From contig OZ296654.1 of assembly GCA_965655095.1 (NCBI GenBank), positions 12,462,001 through 12,526,000 of the forward strand: a stretch of 64,000 nt of DNA, in the 5' to 3' direction. The stretch comes from Haplodiscus bocki. Lineage: Eukaryota. A program made the translations under genes and the position numbers. Under the pieces are notes generated by a model. That model did not search any database. It saw only the letters and a list, made by a program, of their open reading frames with translations, and was not told the DNA's origin. Shown here piece after piece: positions 38,501 through 51,700 of this stretch; within the stretch, counting starts at the first letter, position 1; every line of letters begins with the position of its first letter.

Positions 38501-41500
38501 CGTACATACTGCTCAACTTTATCCTCGTTCTAACGTAGACTTCTGTTTGAGGAGATCAATATCAACATGCAACACGTTTTTGAACACGAAAACAAATGAT
38601 GACGACTACCAAAATTGAACGGAACTTGAGAATGTAGGAGGCCAGGTGAATTGCGATGCAACTTTTTTGAAACATAGAGTGCAATATGTCAGTTCCTTTC
38701 TTCAAGTAGGTTTTTCCCAATTTTGTGAGTTGATGCAATTCGAGTCAGTTTAAGTACACATAAAGCGTTTGGCATTTTTGTTAGTACGAGTTGAATGAGA
38801 AAGATTCAGATTTGGGCCGTCCACTAGGATTTTTCTACATGACCCGGTGTGTTGTCTACCGCTAGTCTGCAAATAACTCGCTAACTCAAAATTATACAAG
38901 ACAACTTTATATCACTATTTGATCCTACAGCCTTTCCATTGAGAACCGAATGCAGACTCAACCGAGAAACGTACCCCTTCTATATTTGTAGTCACTTAAA
39001 CAAAGAAGCGCTTACTTGATGGACATTATTTTATCGAAATCGAGATACGGCAAGTAGCACAAAACTACTCATGAAGATCCTGTGATGAATATTGTGGACA
39101 AAAAGTCCTATTCCAAGTTAAAATGCGACTTTGAGCTCGGTTTTGCTGATATAATAAACTTTGCATATTAGCGGTGTCTTTTCTAACCTTTGTTATGGAC
39201 TTTGGCAATTAAATTTTCAAGAATTTGTGAAACCAATCTAATTCTTTTCATTTCTTTGATTACTTTGAGCAATTGATTACTATGACACTGCGTTTCTAAT
39301 TTCAATCCCATTCAGAATGTTTGAAAATGGCAATCAATATTTTTGGAAGACGTGAGGTCTCGAGTTTTACCGGAAAAACTCATGCGGACTGGAAGTGGGC
39401 TCAGGCTTTGGCACATTGAACGCCACTCCAAGTCGAAGCAGGTATTCTTACGTGTCGTCCTAGTATATTCTGACACCTCCAAAGCTGAAAATGTAGAAAG
39501 TCCAGAAGCAAAGCACTCTGCGTTTCCCGGTGACTTAAATTGAATCCGTGATGTGCTGAAGGAGTCGGAAGACGGCGTGAACTCGACTTCTTTCGCTCTT
39601 CATGTTGGTTTCTTGTTTTTCGGTTCCTAGCCTCTTATTGCAGCAAGAAAGAGTTTTTCGAAAGGAGCTGTGTGCTCGAGCAATTTTTCAAAAACAAAAA
39701 CCAGGTCAACATTGTTGGCGGCACCTATAAGTGGGAGCTCAATGCGTATTGATTGTTCCAGGACAAAGGAACTGACAGAATTGATTGGTTTTTGATGATT
39801 GGCTGCGCAGTCTTTGGCTGTTGCTGGCTTGTGATTTATTTTGAAAAATTACTGGATTAATAGCTTCATGCAATGAGTTATATGAGAAGCAAAAGAAATC
39901 AGAGCAAGTTGTCAGACTTCTTGCTCTGATTTCTTTTACTTCTTCGGAGTTGTCTTCGGTTTTGAATTTTATCGCTACAGTATATGATAGAAATGAAGCC
40001 CAAATGTACAATTAAATCAGTTCAAGTAACTCTCATGAAAACAATCTGTAAGCGTTTCCTCTCAGTTTGATTTGTTGGATGTTAATGTTTCAAGACGGCA
40101 CTTCAATATAGAGCTCAAAGAGAGCGTGCTCAGGCATTAAATAAACCGGGCTGGGAATATAATGAAGAATCTGCATCAGTGGACAAACTGTGCTTTTCAG
40201 AAGAAGGATGTTCGAACACTTGTCTAAAAATTTGAATCCAGCTCGTACATACTGCTCAACTTTATCCTCGTTCTAACGTAGACTTCTGTTTGAGGAGATC
40301 AATATCAACATGCAACACGTTTTTGAACACAAAAACAAATGATGACGACTACCAAAATTGAACGGAACTTGAGAACGTAGGAGGCCAGGTGAATTGCGAT
40401 GCAACTTGTTTGAAACATAGAGTGCAATATGTCAGTTCCCTTCTTCAAGTAGGTTTTTCCCAATTTTGTGAGTTGATGCAATTCGAGTCAGTTTAAGTAC
40501 ACATAAAGCGTTTGGCATTTTTGTTAGTACGAGTTGAATGAGAAAGATTCAGATTTGGGCCGTCCACTAGGATTTTTCTACATGACCCGGTGTGTTGTCT
40601 ACCGCTAGTCTGCAAATAACTCGCTAACTCAAAATTATACAAGACAACTTTATATCACTATTTGATCCTACAGCCTTTCCATTGAGAACCGAATGCAGAC
40701 TCAACCGAGAAACGTACCCCTTCTATATTTGTAGTCACTTAAACAAAGAAGCGCTTACTTGATGGACATTATTTTATCGAAATCGAGATACGGCAAGTAG
40801 CACAAAACTACTCATGAAGATCCTGTGATGAATATTGTGGACAAAAAGTCCTATTCCAAGTTAAAATGCGACTTTGAGCTCGGTTTTGCTGATATAATAA
40901 ACTTTGCATATTAGCGGTGTCTTTTCTAACCTTTGTTATGGACTTTGGCAATTAAATTTTCAAGAGTTTGTGAAACCAATCTAATTCTTTTCATTTCTTT
41001 GATTACTTGGAGCAATTGATTACTATGACACTGCGTTTCTAATTTCAATCCCATTCAGAATGTTTGAAAATGGCAATCAATATTTTTGGAAGACGTGATG
41101 TCTCGAGTTTTACCGGAAAAACATGCGGACTGGAAGTGGGCTCAAGCTTTGGCACATTGAACGCCACTCCAAGTCGAAGCAGGTATTCTTACGTGTTGTC
41201 CTAGTATATTCTGACAACTCCAGAGCTGAAAATGTAGAAAGTCCAGAAGCAAAACACTCTGCGTTTCCCGGTGACTTCAAATTCAATCCGTGATGTGCTG
41301 AAGGAGTCGGAAGACGGCGTGAACTCGACTTCTTCCGCTCTTCATGTTGGTTTCTCGTTTTTCGGTTCCTAGCCTCTTATTGCAGCAAGAAAGTGTGTTT
41401 TTCGAAAGGAGCTGTGTGCTCGAGCAATTTTTCAAAAACAAAAACCAGGTCAACATTGTTGGCGGCACCTATAAGTGGGAGCTCAATGCGTATTGATTGT

Positions 41501-41789
41501 TCCAGGACAAAGGAACTGACAGAATTGATTGGTTTTTGATGATTGGCTGCGCAGTCTTTGGCTGTTGCTGGCTTGTGATTTATTTTGAAAAATTACTGGA
41601 TTAATAGCTTCATGCAATGAGTTATATGAGAAGCAAAAGAAATCAGAGCAAGTTGTCAGACTTCTTGCTCTGATTTCTTTTACTTCTTCGGAGTTGTCTT
41701 CGGTTTTGAAATTTATCGCTACACTATATGATGCAAATGAAGCCCAAATGTACAATTAAATGAGTTCAAGTAACTCTCATGCAAACAGT

Positions 41790-44700
41790 CTGTAAGCGTT
41801 TCCTCTCAGTTTGACTTGTTGGATGTTAATGTTTTAAGACGGCGCTTCAATATAGAGCTCAAAGAGAGCATCCTCAGGCATAAATTGAACCGGGCTGGTA
41901 ATATAATGAAGAATCTGCATCAGTGGACAAACTGTGCTTTTCAGAAGAAGGATGTTCGAACACTTGTCTAAAAATTTGAATCCAGCTCGTACATACTGCT
42001 CAACTTTATCCTCGTTCTAACGTAGACTTCTGTTTGAGGAGATCAATATCAACATGCAACACGTTTTTGAACACGAAAACAAATGATGACGACTACCGAA
42101 ATTGAACGGAACTTGAGAACGTAGGAGGCCAGGTGAATTGCGATGCAACTTGTTTGAAACATAGAGTGCAATATGTCAGTTCCCTTCTTCAAGTAGGTTT
42201 TTCCCAATTTTGTGAATTGATGCAATTCGAGTCAGTTTAAGTACACATAAAGCGTTTGGCATTTTTGTCAGTACGAGTTGAATGAGAAAGATTCAGATTT
42301 GGGCCGTCCACTAGGATTTTTTTACATGACCCGGTGTGTTGTCTACCGCTAGTCTGCAAATAACTCGCTAACTCAAAATTATACAAGACAACTTTATATC
42401 ACTATTTGATCCTACAGCCTTTCCATTGAGAACCGAATGCAGACTCAACCGAGAAACGTACCCCTTCTATATTTGTAGTCACTTAAACAAAGAAGCGCTT
42501 ACTTGATGGACATTATTTTATCGAAATTGAGATACGGCAAGTAGCACAAAACTACTCATGAAGATCCTGTGATAAATATTGTGGACAAAAAGTCCTATTC
42601 CAAGTTAAAATGCGACTTTGAGCTCGGTTTTGCTGATATAATAAACTTTGCATAATAGCGGTGTCTTTTCTAACCTTTGTTATGGACTTTGGCAATTAAA
42701 TTTTCAAGAATTTGTGAAACCAATCTAATTCTTTTCATTTCTTTGATTACTTGGAGCAATTGATTACTATGACACTGCGTTTCTAATTTCAATCCCATTC
42801 AGAATGTTTGAAAATGGCTATCAATATTTTTGGAGGACGTGATGTCTCGAGTTTTACCGGAAAAACATGCGGACTGGAAGTGGGCTCAAGCTTTCGCACA
42901 TTGAACGCCACTCCAAGTCGAAGCAGGTATTCTTACGTGTTGTCCTAGTATATTCTGACAACTCCAGAGCTGAAAATGTAGAAAGTCCAGAAGCAAAACA
43001 CTCTGCGTTTCCCGGTGACTTCAAATTCAATCCGTGATGTGCTGAAGGAGTCGGAAGACGGCGTGAACTCGACTTCTTCCGCTCTTCATGTTGGTTTCTC
43101 GTTTTTCGGTTCCTAGCCTCTTATTGCAGCAAGAAAGTGTGTTTTTTGAAAGGAGCTGTGTGCTCGAGCAAATTTTCAGAAACAAAAACCTAGGTCAACA
43201 TTGTTGGCGGCACCTATAAGTGGGAGCTCAATGCGTATTGATTGTTCCAGGACAAAGGAACTGATAGAATTCATTGGTTTTTGATGATTGGCTGCGCAGT
43301 CTTTGGCTGTTACTGGCTTGGGATTTATTTTGAAAGTTTACGGGATTAATAGCTTCATGCAATGAGTTATATGAGAAGCAAAAGAAATCAGAGCAAGTTG
43401 TCAGACTTCTTGCTCTGATTTCTTTTACTTCTTCGGAGTTGTCTTCGGTTTTGAAATTTATCGCTACACTATATGATGCAAATGAAGCCCAAATGTACAA
43501 TTAAATGAGTTCAAGTAACTCTCATGCAAACAGTCTGTAAGCGTTTCCTCTCAGTTTGACTTGTTGGATGTTAATGTTTCAAGACGCTTCAATATAGAGC
43601 TCAAAGAGAGCGTCCTCAGGCATAAATTGAACCGGGCTGGTAATATAATGAAGAATCTGCATCAGTGGACAAACTGTGCTTTTCAGAAGAAGGATGTTCG
43701 AACACTTGTCTAAAAATTTGAATCCAGCTCGTACATACTGCTCAACTTTATCCTCGTTCTAACGTAGACTTCTGTTTGAGCAGATCAATATCAACATGCA
43801 ACACGTTTTTGAACACGAAAACAAATGATGACGACTACCGAAATTGAACGGAACTTGAGAACGTAGGAGGCCAGGTGAATTGCGATGCAACTTGTTTGAA
43901 ACATAGAGTGCAATATGTCAGTTCCCTTCTTCAAGTAGGTTTTTCCCAATTTTGTGAATTGATGCAATTCGAGTCAGTTTAAGTACACATAAAGCGTTTG
44001 GCATTTTTGTTAGTACGAGTAGAATGAGAAAGATTCAGATTTGGGCCGTCCACTAGGATTTTTTTACATGACCCGGTGTGTTGTCTACCGCTAGTCTGCA
44101 AATAACTCGCTAACTCAAAATTATACAAGACAACTTTATATCACTATTTGATCCTACAGCCTTTCCATTGAGAACCGAATGCAGACTCAACCGAGAAACG
44201 TACCCTTTCTATATTTGTAGTTACTAAAAAGAAGCCCTTACTTGATGGACGTCTTTTTGTCGAAATCGAGATATGGCAAGTAGCACAAAACTACTCATGA
44301 AGATCCTGTGATAAATATTGTGGACAAAAAGTCCTATTCCAAGTTAAAATGCGACTTTGAGCTCGGGTTTGCTGATATAATAAACTTTGCATATTAGCGG
44401 TGTCTCTTCTAACCTTTGTTATGGAATTTGGCAATTAAATTTTCAAGAATTTGTGAAACCAATCTAATTCTTTTCATTTCTTTGATTACTTGGAGCAATT
44501 GATTACTATGACACTGCGTTTCTAATTTCAATCCCATTCAGAATGTTTGAAAATGGCAATCAATATTTTTGGAAGACGTGAGGTCTCGAGTTTTACCGGA
44601 AAAACTCATGCGGACTGGAAGTGGGCTCAGGCTTTGGCACATTGAACGCCACTCCAAGTCGAAGCAGGTATTCTTACGTGTCGTCCTAGTGTATTCTGAC

Positions 44701-47700
44701 AACTCCAGAGCTGAAAATGTAGAAAATCCAGAAGCAAAACACTCTGCGTTTCCCGGTGATTTCAAATTGAATCCGTGATGTGCTGAAGGAGTCGGAAGAC
44801 GGCGTGAACTCGACTTCTTCCGCTCTTCATGTTGGTTTCTCGTTTTTCGGTTCCTAGCCTCTTATTGCAGCAAGAAAGTGTGTTTTTTGAAAGGAGCTGT
44901 GTGCTCGAGCAAATTTTCAGAAACAAAAACCTAGGTCAACATTGTTGGCGGTACCTATAAGTGGGAGCTCAACGCGTATTCATTGTTCCAGGACAAAGGA
45001 ACTGATAGAATTGATTGGTTTTTGATGATTGGTTGCGCAGTCTTTGGCTGTTACTGGCTTGGGATTTATTTTGAAAGTTTACGGGATTAATAGCTTCATG
45101 CAATGAGTTATATGAGAAGTAAAAGAAATCAGAGCAAGTTGTCAGACTTCTTGCTCTGATTTCTTTTACTTCTTCGGAGTTGTCTTCGGTTTTGAAATTT
45201 ATCGCTACAGTATATGATAGAAATGAAGCCCAAATGTACAATTAAATCAGTTCAAGTAACTCTCATGCAAACAGTCTGTAAGCGTTTCCTCTCAGTTTGA
45301 CTTGTTGGATGTTAATGTTTTAAGACGGCGCTTCAATATAGAGCTCAAAGAGAGCATCCTCAGGCATAAATTGAACCGGGCTGGTAATATAATGAAGAAT
45401 CTGCATCAGTGGACAAACTGTGCTTTTCAGAAGAAGGATGTTCGAACACTTGTCTAAAAATTTGAATCCAGCTCGTACATACTGCTCAACTTTATCCTCG
45501 TTCTAACGTAGACTTCTGTTTGAGGAGATCAATATCAACATGCAACACGTTTTTGAACACGAAAACAAATGATGACGACTACCGAAATTGAACGGAACTT
45601 GAGAACGTAGGAGGCCAGGTGAATTGCGATGCAACTTGTTTGAAACATAGAGTGCAATATGTCAGTTCCCTTCTTCAAGTAGGTTTTTCCCAATTTTGTG
45701 AATTGATGCAATTCGAGTCAGTTTAAGTACACATAAAGCGTTTGGCATTTTTGTCAGTACGAGTTGAATGAGAAAGATTCAGATTTGGGCCGTCCACTAG
45801 GATTTTTTTACATGACCCGGTGTGTTGTCTACCGCTAGTCTGCAAATAACTCGCTAACTCAAAATTATACAAGACAACTTTATATCACTATTTGATCCTA
45901 CAGCCTTTCCATTGAGAACCGAATGCAGACTCAACCGAGAAACGTACCCCTTCTATATTTGTAGTCACTTAAACAAAGAAGCGCTTACTTGATGGACATT
46001 ATTTTATCGAAATTGAGATACGGCAAGTAGCACAAAACTACTCATGAAGATCCTGTGATGAATATTGTGGACAAAAAGTCCTATTCCAAGTTAAAATGCG
46101 ACTTTGAGCTCGGTTTTGCTGATATAATAAACTTTGCATAATAGCGGTGTCTTTTCTAACCTTTGTTATGGACTTTGGCAATTAAATTTTCAAGAATTTG
46201 TGAAACCAATCTAATTCTTTTCATTTCTTTGATTACTTGGAGCAATTGATTACTATGACACTGCGTTTCTAATTTCAATCCCATTCAGAATGTTTGAAAA
46301 TGGCTATCAATATTTTTGGAGGACGTGATGTCTCGAGTTTTACCGGAAAAACATGCGGACTGGAAGTGGGCTCAAGCTTTCGCACATTGAACGCCACTCC
46401 AAGTCGAAGCAGGTATTCTTACGTGTTGTCCTAGTATATTCTGACAACTCCAGAGCTGAAAATGTAGAAAGTCCAGAAGCAAAACACTCTGCGTTTCCCG
46501 GTGACTTCAAATTCAATCCGTGATGTGCTGAAGGAGTCGGAAGACGGCGTGAACTCGACTTCTTCCGCTCTTCATGTTGGTTTCTCGTTTTTCGGTTCCT
46601 AGCCTCTTATTGCAGCAAGAAAGTGTGTTTTTTGAAAGGAGCTGTGTGCTCGAGCAAATTTTCAGAAACAAAAACCTAGGTCAACATTGTTGGCGGCACC
46701 TATAAGTGGGAGCTCAATGCGTATTGATTGTTCCAGGACAAAGGAACTGATAGAATTCATTGGTTTTTGATGATTGGCTGCGCAGTCTTTGGCTGTTACT
46801 GGCTTGGGATTTATTTTGAAAGTTTACGGGATTAATAGCTTCATGCAATGAGTTATATGAGAAGCAAAAGAAATCAGAGCAAGTTGTCAGACTTCTTGCT
46901 CTGATTTCTTTTACTTCTTCGGAGTTGTCTTCGGTTTTGAAATTTATCGCTACACTATATGATGCAAATGAAGCCCAAATGTACAATTAAATGAGTTCAA
47001 GTAACTCTCATGCAAACAGTCTGTAAGCGTTTCCTCTCAGTTTGACTTGTTGGATGTTAATGTTTCAAGACGCTTCAATATAGAGCTCAAAGAGAGCGTC
47101 CTCAGGCATAAATTGAACCGGGCTGGTAATATAATGAAGAATCTGCATCAGTGGACAAACTGTGCTTTTCAGAAGAAGGATGTTCGAACACTTGTCTAAA
47201 AATTTGAATCCAGCTCGTACATACTGCTCAACTTTATCCTCGTTCTAACGTAGACTTCTGTTTGAGCAGATCAATATCAACATGCAACACGTTTTTGAAC
47301 ACGAAAACAAATGATGACGACTACCGAAATTGAACGGAACTTGAGAACGTAGGAGGCCAGGTGAATTGCGATGCAACTTGTTTGAAACATAGAGTGCAAT
47401 ATGTCAGTTCCCTTCTTCAAGTAGGTTTTTCCCAATTTTGTGAATTGATGCAATTCGAGTCAGTTTAAGTACACATAAAGCGTTTGGCATTTTTGTCAGT
47501 ACGAGTTGAATGAGAAAGATTCAGATTTGGGCCGTCCACTAGGATTTTTTTACATGACCCGGTGTGTTGTCTACCGCTAGTCTGCAAATAACTCGCTAAC
47601 TCAAAATTATACAAGACAACTTTATATCACTATTTGATCCTACAGCCTTTCCATTGAGAACCGAATGCAGACTCAACCGAGAAACGTACCCTTTCTATAT

Positions 47701-48760
47701 TTGTAGTTACTAAAAAGAAGCCCTTACTTGATGGACGTCTTTTTGTCGAAATCGAGATATGGCAAGTAGCACAAAACTACTCATGAAGATCCTGTGATAA
47801 ATATTGTGGACAAAAAGTCCTATTCCAAGTTAAAATGCGACTTTGAGCTCGGGTTTGCTGATATAATAAACTTTGCATATTAGCGGTGTCTCTTCTAACC
47901 TTTGTTATGGAATTTGGCAATTAAATTTTCAAGAATTTGTGAAACCAACCTAATTCTTTTCATTTCTTTGATTACTTTGAGCAATTGATTACTATGACAC
48001 TGCGTTTCTAATTTCAATCCCATTCAGAATGTTTGAAAATGGCAATCAATATTTTTGGAAGACGTGAGGTCTCGAGTTTTACCGGAAAAACTCATGCGGA
48101 CTGGAAGTGGGCTCAGGCTTTGGCACATTGAACGCCACTCCAAGTCGAAGCAGGTATTCTTACGTGTCGTCCTAGTGTATTCTGACAACTCCAGAGCTGA
48201 AAATGTAGAAAATCCAGAAGCAAAACACTCTGCGTTTCCCGGTGATTTCAAATTGAATCCGTGATGTGCTGAAGGAGTCGGAAGACGGCGTGAACTCGAC
48301 TTCTTCCGCTCTTCATGTTGGTTTCTCGTTTTTCGGTTCCTAGCCTCTTATTGCAGCAAGAAAGTGTGTTTTTTGAAAGGAGCTGTGTGCTCGAGCAAAT
48401 TTTCAGAAACAAAAACCTAGGTCAACATTGTTGGCGGTACCTATAAGTGGGAGCTCAACGCGTATTCATTGTTCCAGGACAAAGGAACTGATAGAATTGA
48501 TTGGTTTTTGATGATTGGTTGCGCAGTCTTTGGCTGTTACTGGCTTGGGATTTATTTTGAAAGTTTACGGGATTAATAGCTTCATGCAATGAGTTATATG
48601 AGAAGTAAAAGAAATCAGAGCAAGTTGTCAGACTTCTTGCTCTGATTTCTTTTACTTCTTCGGAGTTGTCTTCGGTTTTGAAATTTATCGCTACAGTATA
48701 TGATAGAAATGAAGCCCAAATGTACAATTAAATCAGTTCAAGTAACTCTCATGCAAACAA
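41790..48760. repeat. Dimer higher-order duplication, period 3486 bp
   Basis: Private alleles recur at +3486: GAGAGCATCC (41870/45356), the 3-bp deletion AAGACGCTTC (43581/47067), ATGGCTATC, GGAGGACG and CTTTCGCAC. Monomer lengths alternate 1745/1741. Confidence 0.9.
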
Positions 48761-51700
48761 TCTGTAAGCGTTTCCTCTCAGTTTGATTTGTTGGATGTTA
48801 ATGTTTCAAGACGGCGCTTCAATATAGAGCTCAAAGAGAGCGTGCTCAGGCATAAAATAAACCGGGCTGGGAATATAATGAAGAATCTGCATCAGTGAAC
48901 AAACTGTGCTTTTCAAAAGCAGGATGTTCGAACACTTGTCTAAAATTTTGAATCCAGCTCGTACATACTGATCAACTTTATCCTCGTTCTAACGTAGACT
49001 TCTCTTTGAGGAAATCAGTATCAACATGCAACAAGTTTTTGATCACGAAAACAATTGATGAAGACTACCAAAGTTAAACGGAACTTGAGAACGTAGGAGG
49101 GCAGGTGAATTGCGACGCAACTTGTTTGAAACATAGAGTGCAATATGTCAGTTCCTTTCTTCAAGTAGGTTTTTCCCAATTTTGTGAGTTGATGCAATTC
49201 GAGTCAGTTTAAGTACACATAAAGCGTTTGGCATTTTTGTTAGTACGAGTTGAATCAGAAAGATTCAGATTTGGGCCGTCCACTAGGATTTTTTTACATG
49301 ACCCGGTGTGTTGTCTACCGCTAGTCTGCAAATAACTCGCTAACTCAAAATTATACAAGACAACTTTATATCACTATTTGATCCTACAGCCTTTCCATTG
49401 AGAGCCGAATGCAGACTCAAGCGAGAAACGTACCCTTTCTATATTTGTAGTTACTAAAAAGAAGCCCTTACTTGATGGACGTCTTTTTGTCGAAATCGAG
49501 ATATGGCAAGTAGCACAAAACTACTCATGAAGATCCTGTGATAAATATTGTGGACAAAAAGTCCTATTCCAAGTTAAAATGCGACTTTGAGCTCGGGTTT
49601 GCTGATATAATAAACTTTGCATATTAGCGGTGTCTCTTCTAACCTTTGTTATGGAATTTGGCAATTAATTTTTCAAGAATTTGTGAAACCAATCTAATTC
49701 TTTTCATTTCTTTGATTACTTTGAGCAATTGATTACTATGACACTGCGTTTCTAATTTCAATCCCATTCAGAATGTTTGAAAATGGCAATCAATATTTTT
49801 GGAAGACGTGAGGTCTCGAGTTTTATCGGAAAAACTCATGCGGACTGGAAGTGGGCTCAGGCTTTGGCACATTGAACGCCACTCCAAGTGGAAGCAGGTA
49901 TTCTTACGTGTTGTCCTAGTATATTCTGACAACTCCAGAGCTGAAAATGTAGAAAATCCAGAAGCAAAACACTGTGCGTTTCCCGGTGACTTCAAATTGA
50001 ATCCGTGATGTGCTGAAGGAGTCGGAAGACGGCGTGAACTCGACTTCTTTCGCTCTTCATGTTGGTTTCTCGTTTTTCGGTTCCTAGCCTCTTATTGCAG
50101 CAAGAAAAAGTTTTTCGAAAGGAGCTATGTGCTCGAGCAGTTTTTCAAAAACAAAAACCAGGTCAACATTGTTGGCGGCACCTATAAGTGGGAGCTCAAT
50201 GCGTATTGATTGTTCCAGGACAAAGGAACTGACAGAATTGATTGGTTTTTGATGATTGGCTGCGCAGTCTTTGGCTGTTGCTGGCTTGTGATTTATTTTG
50301 AAAAATTACTGGATTAATAGCTTCATGCAATGAGTTATATGAGAAGCAAAAGAAATCAGAGCAAGTTGTCAGACTTCTTGCTCTGATTTCTTTTACTTCT
50401 TCGGAGTTGTCTTCGGTTTTGAAATTTATCGCTACACTATATGATGCAAATGAAGCCCAAATGTACAATTAAATGAGTTCAAGTAACTCTCATGCAAACA
50501 GTCTGTAAGCGTTTCCTCTCAGTTTGACTTGTTGGATGTTAATGTTTTAAGACGGCGCTTCAATATAGAGCTCAAAGAGAGCGTCCTCAGGCATAAATTG
50601 AACCGGGCTGGTAATATAATGAAGAATCTGTATCAGTGGACAAACTGTGCTTTTCAGAAGAAGGATGTTCGAACACTTGTCTAAAAATTTGAATCCAGCT
50701 CGTACATACTGCTCAACTTTATCCTCGTTCTAACGTAGACTTCTGTTTGAGCAGATCAATATCAACATGCAACACGTTTTTGAACACGAAAACAAATGAT
50801 GACGACTACCGAAATTGAACGGAACTTGAGAACGTAGGAGGCCAGGTGAATTGCGATGCAACTTGTTTGAAACATAGAGTGCAATATGTCAGTTCCCTTC
50901 TTCAAGTAGGTTTTTCCCAATTTTGTGAATTGATGCAATTCGAGTCAGTTTAAGTACACATAAAGCGTTTGGCATTTTTGTTAGTACGAGTAGAATGAGA
51001 AAGATTCAGATTTGGGCCGTCCACTAGGATTTTTTTACATGACCCGGTGTGTTGTCTACCGCTAGTCTGCAAATAACTCGCTAACTCAAATTTATACAAG
51101 ACAACTTTATATCACTATTTGATCCTACAGCCTTTCCATTGAGAACCGAATGCAGACTCAACCGAGAAACGTACCCTTTCTATATTTGTAGTTACTAAAA
51201 AGAAGCCCTTACTTGATGGACGTCTTTTTGTCGAAATCGAGATATGGCAAGTAGCACAAAACTACTCATGAAGATCCTGTGATAAATATTGTGGACAAAA
51301 AGTCCTATTCCAAGTTAAAATGCGACTTTGAGCTCGGGTTTGCTGATATAATAAACTTTGCATATTAGCGGTGTCTCTTCTAACCTTTGTTATGGAATTT
51401 GGCAATTAAATTTTCAAGAATTTGTGAAACCAATCTAATTCTTTTCATTTCTTTGATTACTTTGAGCAATTGATTACTATGACACTGCGTTTCTAATTTC
51501 AATCCCATTCAGAATGTTTGAAAATGGCAATCAATATTTTTGGAAGACGTGAGGTCTCGAGTTTTACCGGAAAAACTCATGCGGACTGGAAGTGGGCTCA
51601 GGCTTTGGCACATTGAACGCCACTCCAAGTCGAAGCAGGTATTCTTACGTGTCGTCCTAGTGTATTCTGACAACTCCAGAGCTGAAAATGTAGAAAATCC